Source of the DNA: Octopus bimaculoides
Lineage: Eukaryota
Reading direction: 5' to 3'
DNA: 63,962 nt
NCBI RefSeq assembly: GCF_001194135.2
Contig: NC_068982.1
Span: 65,340,558-65,404,519 of the forward strand
The position numbers were made by a program, and so were the translations under genes. Below, piece by piece: positions 51,701 to 62,965 of the stretch (position 1 is the first letter of the stretch; the number at the start of each line of letters is the position of its first letter). The notes beneath the pieces are model-generated. The model made no database searches, was not told the DNA's origin, and was given only the letters and a program-made list of their open reading frames with translations.

Positions 51701-53979
51701 CTGTTGTGCCTGTAATTCAAAGGGTCAGCCTTGTCACACTGAATCTCCCCGAGAACTACGTTAAGGGTACATGTGTTCTGTGGAGTGCTCAGCCACTTGC
51801 ACGTTAATTTCACGAGCAGGCTGTTCCGTTGATCGGATCAACTGGAACCCTCGACGTCGTAATTGACGGAGTGCCAACAACAATCCCATGTCAATAAAAA
51901 ATCATCCATCGAGTGTGGTGGATTGGCTGTTTGAGTGTTGGGAAAGATGTCCCATAGTGTCTATTCCAGCTCTTTGAGTTCTGAATACAACCACTGCAAT
52001 GACACTGGTCAAAATCAACATTATCATTTCTAATGTCTGTTTATCTCTACTGATATATCTATATATTGGTCAGTCAAGAGCTATAGCAGAAGACACTCAT
52101 CCTGACATGAAGTAAGACTGAACCCAAAATCATGGTTGCAAAGTGAACTTCTTAAACACACAGTTTCTTTTAGTTGCTTCAGTGATTGGACTGTGGCCAT
52201 GCTGGAGCACTGCTTTGAAACATTTAAACTGAGCAAATCAAGCCCAGTACTTATTTACTTTTTTTTTTTGAAGTCTGATACTTGCTCTATAGGTCTCTTT
52301 AGCTGAAATGCTAAGTTATTGAGACATGCAAGCTTCTTAATCACACAGTCGTTCCTGCACCTATACTTAAATGCATTATTTGTGAGAAGACATGTTAGAT
52401 TACAACTTGTATCAGTTTCACACATTCTGGGGTCATAACTAACTGAATCCCAAGAAGTTTACATTGGACTTGACATTGCAAACAAAAAAAAAACACCCAC
52501 CATCATCATTTAAGGTCAATTTTCCATGTAGGCACAAGTTCAACAGGAACTGGTGACCCACAGGACTGCACCAAACTCCAATGTGTAATTTCCTACTACT
52601 GGATGCCTTTCATAACATCTACTACTTCACAGCATATACTGGATACTTATGTGGCACCAGCATTATTGAGGTAACTTGCAAAACAATACCTCTCACCTGA
52701 GGAGGGAGCAGTATTCAGGGAGGTTACTTTATGCCAGGTAACAAGAGGCTAAAGCATGGTTAATGGAGAGAAACAGGTGCTTTCCAGATATGAATAGCAC
52801 AGTTTTGTAACTAAAAAGACAAAAATAAAATTAGGTTAATAGCCAACAAAATAGAAAACGATCTTACCTGAACAACTCGTCTGAAACCATCAAAGTTTCT
52901 ATGGCTAAGAGATCTGATGCCTTTTCAACAGGCTTTATACTGAAACAAGAAATATATAAAAATAATGTTGCTGTATGTGATAGAGTTATTACACCTACAT
53001 GTCAAACAGTAGAAATAATAAGTCATGAAATGCTACCAGGAAGACAGATGACATTGAGGAAATAACTACAGAAACATGACTATTACATTGATGATGTACA
53101 GAGGAGATGGATAAAAGATAGAAATATCTATATCGTATACACTTAATGCCAAGTTAGTATAAGAAATATAGTTAAGTAATACAGAGTATCAAAAAAAAAA
53201 AAAAAAAACTAATTATAAACATTAATGTAAAGGTTTCAGTATGGTCATGTGGTTAAAAAGCTCGCTTTGCAACTACGTCATTTCAGGTTCAATCCATCTG
53301 TATGGCACCTTGAGCAAGTGTCTTCTACTATATGACCAAACAGACTCCAAAGAGGCTGTGGTTAGTCTGCATCAACAGAACTTATATTAATTAGTAAAAT
53401 TGATAAAAGTGTTTACTGTACTCTTTTTATCAATTTTATTAATTAATATTTCTTGCCAAACACAGGTCAACACCAACCTCTTTGATCATACATTCTAGCC
53501 CTGGGCCAATCAATGCCTTGTGAGCAAATTTGACTGGTGGAAACTGTGGCAGTTTGGCACATTCATACACACTATATATATATATATATATATATTATCT
53601 TTTACTTGTTTCAGTCATTAGATTGCAGCCAGGATGGGGCACCACCTTGAAGAATTATTAGTCAAATGAATCAACCCCTAATACTCTTTTTAAGCTTGGT
53701 ACTTATTTCATCAGTCTTTTATGTCAATAATGCTAAGTTGTGGGGACATAAACACACCAACATTGGTTGTCAAGCAATAGTGGAGGAGGACAAACACAGA
53801 CACACAAATATATATATATATATATATGACAGGCTTCTTTCAGTTTCCATCTACCAAATCCACTCACAAGGCTTTGGTTGGCCTGAGGCTATAGTAGAAG
53901 ACATTTGCCCAAGGTGCCATACAGTGGGATTGAATCCAGAACCATATGGTTGGGAAACAAGCTTCTTACTACCCAGCCA

Positions 53980-54027
<48 letters not shown>

Positions 54028-56527
54028 CAGGGGTTGGACAAAATAATGGAAACACCTTAAAATTTCAAATAAATTAATTTTAATATGGGGTAGGACCTCC
54101 TTTGGCAGTAATTACAGCTTGAATTCTACGAGGTATGGACTTGTACAAAGTTTGACTTGTTTCCAAAGGAATTTTTGTCCATTCTTCAGCTAAAACAGTC
54201 TCCAGTTCTTGTAGTGATGATGGTGGAGGATATCGACTCCTTACTTGTTTTTCTAAAATGCACCATAAATGTTCAATAATATTGAGATCTGGGGACTGTA
54301 GTGGCCAGATAAGATGTTCAACTTCACTAGAATGTTCCTCATGCCATTCAGTAACAACTTTAGCTGTGTGAATTGGTGCATTATCATCCAGAAAGATTGA
54401 ATTTCCCTCCGGAAACAGTTCCGCAACCATAAGATGAATTTGATCAGATAAAATGCTTAAATAGTCTTGACTATTAATTCTGCCATGAACGGAAACCATT
54501 GGGCCAGCGGAATTCCAAGATACAGCCCCCACCCCACCCTCATCATCACAGATCTTCCTCCATGTTTAACAGTTGGAAGAAGGCAGTCTGGGTCAAATGC
54601 TTCTTTTGGCTGTCTCCACTCAGCCAGTGGTCAGAAATAAGGTAAAGGATGACTCGTCTCAGAAAATAACATTCTTCCACTGCTCTAGGGACAAATCTGT
54701 AGGTTTTTACTCCACTCTAAACACTTTTCAACGTTTGTTTTTGAAAGTCGTGGTTTTCTGATTACAGCCCTCCCGTGAAATCCGGCTTCGTGCAGCTCCT
54801 GGTGAACAGTTTTTGTGGAAACTGGGTTCTCGAGGTGATCATTCAGCTCTGCAGTAATCTTGGGAGCTGTACTTTTGTGATCCTTTCTAACAATTCACAT
54901 AAGAGTCCAACGGTCCCTGTCTGGAAGTTTTGGTTTTCTTCCTGAGTTTTGTTTCAACGAGGAGGTTTTTCCCTCTTTCTCAAAGGCTGTCATTACTTTC
55001 GAGACAGTACTTCTTGATATACCAAACATTTCGGCTGTTTTCGTTACGCTAGCGCCTGCCATACAAGCACCAACAATTTGTCCTCTTTGAAAGTCTGATA
55101 GATCTGTCATTTTAATGAATTTTAATTACCTTTTTCTGATGATATCCGAAAAGAAACAGGAATTTTAGCAAAACATATTAAGCAACACTAATAATAAATC
55201 AAAAATTTGATCCATTAAATTCTTCAAGGTAGTGCCCCAGTCCAATGACCAAAAGAAGTAAAGGAGAGGTGAAATATGCTTAACAGTGATACTTGAATTA
55301 TCTCGGGAAGTATGGGAGACAACTCCACCTATCAGATCACACTAAAGCAAAGACTTCACTGCAGTTGCCCATGTAGAGGTAAAGGAAACAATGAGTAAAT
55401 TAGTATATTTTATGTAATTTTCACTCTCTTTTTCTTTCACTAATCTATCTAATTTCCAGGTCAATCCTGATTGAGTAGACAGATGATCAAGTGTTCCAAT
55501 TGTGACCATGCCATTTTTAGGAGTGGGAGAGGTTACTGAGCAGGTTAATTAAAATTGTTCAGTGGTCTTAATTTAAGACCGCAGGATGTGATTAGAAAGG
55601 ATTTTGTTACTATTGCTAGCAGACTGAGCGACTATGTAGAAGTTCCCTCAGCTTGTCATTATGTTATAGTGTCTCTAGGGTGAATGTTACTGAACTAGTT
55701 TCCTCATCTGTTTCTGCAGATAGGAATAAAGATCCTTACAACAGAGCAAATAGGGGCAGCCTATTTGCCTTCAGCCCTTCTCGGAAACAATAACCAGACT
55801 GAAATATTGTTATTAACTTTGATTCATCTGGAATCCATTACCACTTTACAATAAAACTGGTTGTACCTATTTCATCTTGGGGGACAGGCTTGGCTATGTG
55901 GTTAGAAGTTAGCTTCCCAACCTCGAGATTTTTGGTCCAGTACCACTGTATGGCATCTTGGACAAGTATCTCCTACCTTAGCTCCAGGCCAGCCAAAGCC
56001 CTGAGAATAGATTTGGTAGACGAAGACCGAAAGAAGCCAGTCATTAGGAAGGGCATCCAGCTGTAGAAACTCTGCCAAATCAGATTGGAGCCTGGTGTAG
56101 CCATCCGGTTTCACCAGTCCTCATTCAAATCGTCCAACCCATACTAGCATGGAAAGCAGACGTTAAATGATGATGATGATGATGATGATATATATATATA
56201 CACACACATACACACAAGTGGACAAATGAAAGAAAGGGTACTTAACACATCTGTTACTGGGAGTTACATGTATAGATCAAAACAGTTTGATCCATATACA
56301 TATATATCCCCTCATCATTATCATCATTTAATGTCCATTTTCCATGCTGGCATGGGTTGGATGGTTTGACAGGAGCTAGCCAGCCAGAGAGCTGTTCAGA
56401 CTCCAATTATCTCTTATGGCATGGTTTCCACAATTGGATGCCCTTCCTAACATCAACCACTTTACAGAGTGCGCTGGGTGCTTTTTACATGTCACCTGCA
56501 CAAGTGCATTTGTGCAGTCCCAGCACT

Positions 56528-56564
<37 letters not shown>

Positions 56565-56799
56565 CACATGCTGTAAGGGCATCCAGCTTCAGAAAATGTG
56601 CCAAAGCTGACACTGGCTTGCCTAATCATGTCAAACTGACCAACATGGAAAATGGATGTTAAATGATAATATAAACATACATAATCGTTTTAATATCCAC
56701 TTTCCCAGGCAGAATTTGTTGAGACAGATTTTCTATAGCCAGATGCTCTTCCTGTTGCTAAACTATCTATTTCCACATGTGCATGTGAGCATGCATAAG

Positions 56800-56839
<40 letters not shown>

Positions 56840-57407
56840 ATTGTATGAATGTTTCAAAACAGATTACTATGAGTCACCAATGTAACAAAGTACAGAAATT
56901 CAACATTTTTTTATAACATGCACTAAATGTTGTAAAATTCAGGATTGAATGTCACAGTGAAGAAAGTCAAGCCCCAAGAAAGTTCAGAAGGAATAATTCA
57001 TTCTTTCAAACAAAAAAAAAAAATTATTATTTTAAAAATTTTAAAAGAATGCTGAACAAAGTGTGTACAAAGGAATATGTTGCTGTTGTGAGTCTGGTAT
57101 TTATTTTATTGGTCTCTTTTGGTGAACCAAGTAACAGGGGATGTAAACAAACCAACCAACACACACACACACACATATATACATACACACAACAGGGTTC
57201 TGTTGACCAAATCCACACACAAGGCATTGGTTGGCCTGGGATCATAGTAGAAGTCACTTGCCCAAGGCACCACACAGCAGGACTGGACCTGAAATCATGT
57301 AGTTGCAAACCAGTGTGCAGCACCTTGGGCAAATGTCTTCTATTATAGCCCTGGACTGACTAATGCCTTGTGAGTGAATTTGGTACATGAAAAACTGTAT
57401 GGAAGTC

Positions 57408-57450
<43 letters not shown>

Positions 57451-60400
57451 ACTAGTCCCTTCCCCTAAAAACTTTCTGCAACAGATCAGTGCTTCATTTG
57501 GGGGAGACACCATGGAAACCAAGTAACCAGTAACTTTGAAACCCAGGGCTTAAGAAAAGAGTGAAAAAAAGTATTTGTTTATATACATACAGGTTCAATT
57601 TTGACTTGTACTTATTTCCTTTGTCTAGAAAGATGACAGGTGGAATATGAACTCAGAATGTTAAGAACTACAGCCAAGTGCACAAATCTGTCACTGCATC
57701 CCAACTCATTTACAATTATTACCAAGTCATAAAGTGTGTGTCATCAAGAAATGAGTTTATAGGAGATTTTCCATGAAATTACTTACCCATAAACAGCACG
57801 ATCTGGATCGTTTACTAACATATTGTAAAATTCATCCAATGCTTTCACCTCTCCAAGAGCTTTGGTATCTGCCAACCGGTTTGCCATGGAAGGATCTTGC
57901 AGTACTTCTGTTACAAAAAATAAAATCCATTTACCCTGCTTTCATAGTACTTGCTCCAATTGACCATTTAGTCACTATGTGTAAAGAGGGCAATTCCCCA
58001 CTTATTATTCTACCATCAATAGTTATGTCCCTAGGCTAAGCAACAAATCTCACAACCACATAGTTTCACGTACAGTCCTAGGTTGAACAATGCCTTTCCA
58101 GTGAATTTGGTGGCAGAAACTCTCTCTCTCTCACTCTCCGTGCATGCGCACACACTTGCATGAGTGTTGACATTTCATATTTATTTATTATAGTTTTACC
58201 AAACCATAACATAATAGTTAAAGACTGGCTGTGTGTGGAAACTTCTATATGCCAGATATGCCAGTGAATTGAGACCTTATAGCATACCCATACCAGTATG
58301 TAAGTCATCATCATCACCATTTAACATCCATTTTCCTTGCTGGCATGGGTTGGATGGTTTGACAGGAGCTTACAAACCAGAAGACTGACATAGAGTGATG
58401 GATAATGAACTATCTAGTCTTACATCATCTCCCAATTTTACTATTTTAACTGATATATGTAGGAGGAGAAAACTTGGAAGAAAAAAAAGAAAAAGAGATA
58501 CCTTTGAGAGAATGTTTAAAACCAGACGAAGAATGTGCCAAAACACATCGTGACTTATTCTCCAGAATATCCTTCCAGTCATTTTTCACAGCCTGATCCA
58601 ACATGTAGGAGAAAAATTGATCCTACAATAACAAAAGTAACAAAATTTATTTAATCTTTTGTAATGCCTGTGCCTCTCTGTGGAGCGTGTGTGTAAAGGT
58701 GCATGGCTTAGTGGTTACGGCATTCAGCTCATGATGATAAGGTCATGCATTTGGTTACCAGCAGTGTATTGAGTCCTTGAGCAAGACACTTTATTTCATC
58801 TTGCTCCAGTCCACTCAGCTGGCAAAATTGAGTTGTACATGTAATTCAAAGGGCCAGCATTGTAACACTGTCATGCTGAATCTCCCTGAGAACTACATTA
58901 AGGGTACGCGTGTCTATAGAGTGCTTAGCCGCTTGTATATTAATTTCACAAGCAGGAAGTTCTGTTGATTGGATCAACTAGAACCCTCATCATCATAACC
59001 GACAGAGTGCTAGTGTGTATGTGTATTATCTTTTACTTGCTTCAAGAGTACAGCCTTGAAAGGTTTAGCTAAATAAATTCACCCCAATACTTCTATCAAG
59101 CACTTGTACCAAACCACTAAGTTACAGGGATGTAAACAAACAACACCAGGTGTCAAGCAGGAAGTGAGGGGGGGGCAACACAAACACACATCTTAATCAT
59201 TTAATGTCCAGTTTTCATGTTAGCACAGGCTTCTACACAATCCCTGTCTAACAATTTCACTCACAAGGCCCAGGACAATGGTAGCAGACACTTACTTAAA
59301 GGGCCACACAATGAGACTGAACCCAAACCATACAAAGCCCATCAAATGTGTGTGTGTGTCCATATGTTTACATTCTGCGATTGCATGAGCTATGGTCAGT
59401 GTCCTACACTGGCATTTCCTCATCAACAAATGGTCCAGTAGCTCTATGCTTTCAAAGACTCGCAGAATGAAAAACTAGTAAAAGTTAGCAGCAGAAAGGG
59501 CATCTGGTCATAAAACAAAGCTTCGATAATATGCATTTGTTTAACCCAGGCAAGCATGTAAAAGCAAATAAGCAATCATCATCATCGTTTAACATGCACC
59601 TTCCATACTGGCCAGGCAAGAAGTGCACCAGACTTCTGTGTCTGTTTTGGCACAGTTTTTACAGTTGGATGCCCTTCCTAACACCAATCACCCAACAGAG
59701 TGGACAATATCAAATATTTAACTTTGTCTGTATAAAATTGGCTTGAAAGTGCTGTGGTTACTTTATTTTGAAATAATTTGTTAATTGGAATAGTAAAGAA
59801 AGGAACTGAGTGAGCCCTTACCTTCACAAAGCCAGGGCTTGCAATTAGCAAACACTTCACAACTGAGGGATAAAGTGAAAAGAGAGAGAAAGTTATTGAA
59901 CATTTATTGATTGCTATTAAAGTCATATACCACATCACAAAAATTATTAAATAATTAACTATAATATACTTAATTAAAATACAGATTTTCCGCAACTATT
60001 AACCTAGTCGATCTCAATGGCATATGAACTTAGCAAAACTGGAAAGAACACTACTAAGCATTTTGCCTGGCATGGTAACAATTCTGCCAGCTCACCGCTA
60101 ATAATAATAATAACGGTCTCTAATTTAGGCACAAGGCCTGGAATTTGGGGACGGGTCTTACTTCATGCTACTGACCCCAGTACTTGACAGGTTCTTTATT
60201 TCATTGACTTCAAAAGGATGAAAGGCAAAGTTAACCTCAGCAACGTATGAAGTCTGGATGTAAAAAAAATGGAACAATTACCACAAAGCATTTTTCTGAT
60301 GCTGTAATGATTCTACCAACAGACTACCTAATTAAGTAAAGTAATAAATTTGAAAACTATTATCATCATCAGCAGTAGCATTTAACATCCTTTTTGCATG

Positions 60401-62627
60401 TCAGCACGAGTTGGATGGTTTGACAGGATCTGGTGAGTAGCAATGATCTCTAGCTTTGGCCTGGTTCCTACAGCTAGATGCCCTTACTAATGCTAATCAT
60501 TTTATAGTTTGTACTAGATGCTTTTTCCATGCCATTGGCATTAGTGAGCTCACCAAGTACCTCACAAAACAGAACTATCAGATTATAATGAAAAACTAGC
60601 TAAAAACTTACTCTTGGTAATTACAGCATTTTCAGCATGTGTCCTTAAACATACAAGCAAGAAAATCTGTCTTGTTTTGTAGTTTTAGACCATTTTTCAA
60701 TCATTCATATGTATCAGCTCAAACTTTTGCAACCCTCAACTAGCATCACTCATTCTACTAACTTTAGTTATAAAACCAGACAATGAGGGATAATTCAAAG
60801 GTTTTTGATAGAGAATAACATCAACAAAGAGATCATCATCAACATTTAATGTCTGTTTTCCATGTTGACATGAGTTGGATGGCTTGACAGGAACTGGCAA
60901 GGCCAGGTGCTGCGCCAGGTTCCATTGTTTGTTTTGGCTTGGTTTCTCTGGCCAGATGCCCTTAACACCAACCACCTTACAGATTGTACTGGGTCCTTTT
61001 TACATAGCACCAGCACCCACATCAATTTTTTGACATGGTACCTTGGTTTTAGGATCTCACTTTTGTTGTGGTGGGCAGGTCTTCTCTAGCACAGCACTCA
61101 ACAATTGGATTCATTCACTAGCTAATGAAACCTGCCATACCAGCTATCCTGTTACTGCTGTGCACTCACAAGCATACTTCACTTATAATTCAAACATTCT
61201 TACAAGCATAATGTCAAACATGATGATGATGCTCATATATTCTGAAGCAGTCTTTACCAAAAGACATTTAATTCTTTCTCTCTCTGGAAAGTAGAGGTTT
61301 GGAAAATATATTTTGTAGCATTTGAAAATAACTAAATATCTTTATTTAACAGAAGAATCAACTCTGCATTGAGAGGTCACAATTCCAGCAATACAGACAT
61401 GCGATTCGCATGTTGCAGGAAAGGATTAGAAGATGGAGTCTTCGAGCTAAGCCAACCAGCAGGAGACTAGGATTAGATGAAGAAGATGGATGGATAATAT
61501 ACATAGTCTCAGCTGGTCAGACTTGAGAATCTAGCAAGAGCATGTAATGACAGTTGCTCGAGTCTACTTTCCACAGCACTCCCAGGAATAGTGGGCATAG
61601 AAAATGGATGGAAGGATATACTTCACTTCTATCAATCTCTTCACAACAATCAACAACTAGTTTCCTCTGCCAAAAGACTAGGAAACCTTTCTTCTTATGG
61701 AAACAAGTCTACAACCTAAACATTATGAGACAAATAAGAAAAATATACAAATTAAAATTAATACATCACAATAGTCATAAGCTCAGGTCTTAGAACAGAA
61801 ATGGGATCTATTTTAAAACGGGGGCGCCAGTTTTCATTTATGTTTTATGTAGTGTTTTTGGTACGGAAAGACTTTCAAACTTCATATACTTATCTATTTT
61901 GTGTTATAGAACAGAAAAATATTTTTGTATTCGAATTTATTTCATGTAAAAAATTGTCTTATTTCGATAATTTCTACTAATCACTGACGTCTATTCAGTT
62001 GAAAACAGTTAGCGCTGTAACAGTGTATATCGTATTAATCCCCTAACCCTAACTAGACTGTTAACCGTAACTGTAACCCTAACCCTAACCCTAACTCTAG
62101 AATCCGAACTCTAAAATTGTTACACACATAGATACGCACAGCGTAATTTATTATATAAACAATATATGTGTATAAATTACGATTAAACCGGATGAAATAT
62201 GTCACAGGGAATAACATTTTTATGACCGCCCAGCAGTAACTCTATTGAGCTGAATAGACGTCAGTGATTGGTTGAAATTACAGAAATACGACAACTTTAA
62301 CATGGAATAACTTGTGAATTCCTTTTTTTTGTTAAGAAGACTAAGAGTAAAAGATGTTTTATATGACACATTCTACCAGTGTCCCAAGTTTCAAAGTGTT
62401 TCGTTAAGAAAATACTGGCGCCCCCGTTTTAAAATAGATCCCAGAAATGTATTGCCCACCACCACTACCATCCTCAGCAAGGAACCTAAAAAATAACCAA
62501 ATGATTGACGTAGATGACAACGAAACAAATTTGTCTTTATGAAACTAAAATACACAAAATACTTACTTTCAAAGTTGACATGTCTTCTAACAGCCTGGAT
62601 CATTTGGTCATAAAATTTCATAAGACC
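47668..62627 (-). CDS. PELO: Protein pelota homolog (ribosome-rescue factor, eRF1 family), C-terminal 204 aa; complement join(62567..62627,59822..59862,58502..58622,57787..57907,52868..52939,50494..50600,47668..47759)
   Basis: Spliced translation GLMKFYDQMIQAVRRHVNFEIVKCLLIASPGFVKDQFF...LADTKALGEVKALDEFY...[39 protein letters not shown] has the pelota PGF motif and the [20 protein letters not shown] C-terminus. All phases are consistent. N-terminal exons were not found and probably lie beyond the window end. Confidence 0.97.
48700..48862 (-). mobile_element. Young copy of the RTE-type 3' tail repeat with (CAT)n/(CAC)n tail
   Basis: Near-identical reverse complement of about 95-245 and of 56043-56175. 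Confidence 0.85.
49170..50420 (-). mobile_element. Degraded CR1/L2-like LINE reverse transcriptase, interrupted by an RTE-tail repeat (about 49665-49900)
   Basis: PSDPYPNNSGVS, RAQLCSYILPL, THFYADNP, QWDYASLVTFNTCK and KIASQRLTSFFRARKCFS correspond to the recalled GVPQGS, YADD, W...LV.FN..KT and A.KKLG.L.RAR segments. Confidence 0.7.
50494..50600 (-). CDS. PELO: PELO exon ([36 protein letters not shown])
   Basis: ctttag acceptor, gtaagt donor, 107 nt. Confidence 0.96.
51509..51882 (+). mobile_element. tRNA-derived SINE with about 13-bp TSD
   Basis: Same family as 1023-1405. TSD atcccatgtca(g/a)t at 51496-51508 and 51883-51895; (CAA)n tail. Confidence 0.93.
52868..52939 (-). CDS. PELO: PELO exon (IKPVEKASDLLAIETLMVSDELF/R)
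   Basis: tttcag acceptor, gtaaga donor, 72 nt. Confidence 0.95.
53598..53985 (-). mobile_element. Composite tRNA/CORE-like SINE with an internal (TA)n tract
   Basis: Head, then a ggcaccttgggcaaatgtcttctactatagcc CORE-like segment, (TA)n, and a second module ending ccag..tggc.gc..tc.aatgactgaaacaagtaaaag. Relatives occur at about 11490-11890, 20960-21335, 35750-36065 and 52090-52350. Confidence 0.75.
54028..55205 (-). mobile_element. Tc1-type transposon with DD36E transposase pseudogene (54080-55110); 3' TIR present, 5' TIR lost
   Basis: TA|CAGGGGTTGGACAAAATAATGGAAACACC terminus; MTDLSDFQRGQIVGA..GRKPKL; IF*DESSF; LDDNAPIH-...-SPDLNIIEHLW with 36 residues between the second catalytic D and E. 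In-frame stops and a frameshift are present. Confidence 0.92.
56043..56190 (+). mobile_element. Young copy of the RTE-type 3' tail repeat
   Basis: About 7 mismatches over about 135 nt against the reverse complement of 48719-48855; (GAT)n tail. Confidence 0.85.
57787..57907 (-). CDS. PELO: PELO exon (VLQDPSMANRLADTKALGEVKALDEFYNMLVNDPDRAVY/G)
   Basis: taacag acceptor, gtaagt donor, 121 nt. Confidence 0.96.
58502..58622 (-). CDS. PELO: PELO exon (DQFFSYML...HSSSGFKHSLK/E)
   Basis: ttgtag acceptor, gtatct donor, 121 nt. Confidence 0.95.
58697..59012 (+). mobile_element. Older SINE with a different internal domain but the same 3' tail as the 380-bp SINE
   Basis: Middle gagtccttgagcaagacactttatttc...ccagtccactcagctggc is followed by tgtaattcaaagggccagc...gttgattggatcaactagaaccctc, which is shared with 51715-51875. 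Confidence 0.75.
59822..59862 (-). CDS. PELO: PELO exon (VKCLLIASPGFVK)
   Basis: ccctcag acceptor, gtaagg donor, 41 nt, PGF motif. Confidence 0.95.
61803..62442. mobile_element. Non-autonomous TIR element (640 bp) with telomere-like core, superfamily unassigned
   Basis: Perfect 29-bp TIRs GGGATCTATTTTAAAACGGGGGCGCCAGT; AGAAAT duplicated on both sides; internal 20-bp inverted repeat (61979-61998 / 62250-62269); (CCCTAA)n-like repeats at about 62041-62097. Confidence 0.9.
62567..62627 (-). CDS. PELO: PELO exon (GLMKFYDQMIQAVRRHVNFE/I)
   Basis: ttcattag acceptor, gtaagt donor, 61 nt. Confidence 0.93.
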
Positions 62628-62774
62628 CTAATGAAAACAAAAATAACAATACAAAAGTTTTGAAACAAATTATCAGAGATCAGGAAGTCTCTCTAGGTTC
62701 AGTCGCTACTTCTTTACATTGAATGTTTACAGCTCAAGTACTATGGGCATGTAATTAGAATGTCTCAAGAATCA

Positions 62775-62965
62775 CAAGACGGATTCTTCAAGCCAAACCA
62801 ACCAACAGGAAACCTATGGGTAGACCAAGAATGAGGTGAGACTTTGGATAATATCCATAGTCTCAGTTGGTCATGTTTGGGAATCCAGCCAGAAATGCTA
62901 ATGATGGTTTCTTCTGATAGAACCCTATGGAGGGAATGCTTCAGGACTCAACCCTACCAGAAATA
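62775..62965 (+). mobile_element. RTE-like LINE ORF2 C-terminal fragment (related fragment at about 61420-61560)
   Basis: RRILQAKPTNRKPMGRPRMR/LDNIHSLSWSCLGIQPEMLMMVSSDRTLWR resembles the GRPR.RW.D...DR..WR terminus of RTE proteins. Confidence 0.65.

Noticed and set aside
57908-58501. Pelota intron with donor GTATCTCTTT, resembling the U12 consensus GTATCCTTT
   Set aside because: Positions +6/+7 mismatch, there is no TCCTTAAC branch site near the acceptor, and the U-rich tract is ordinary; treated as a weak U2 donor.
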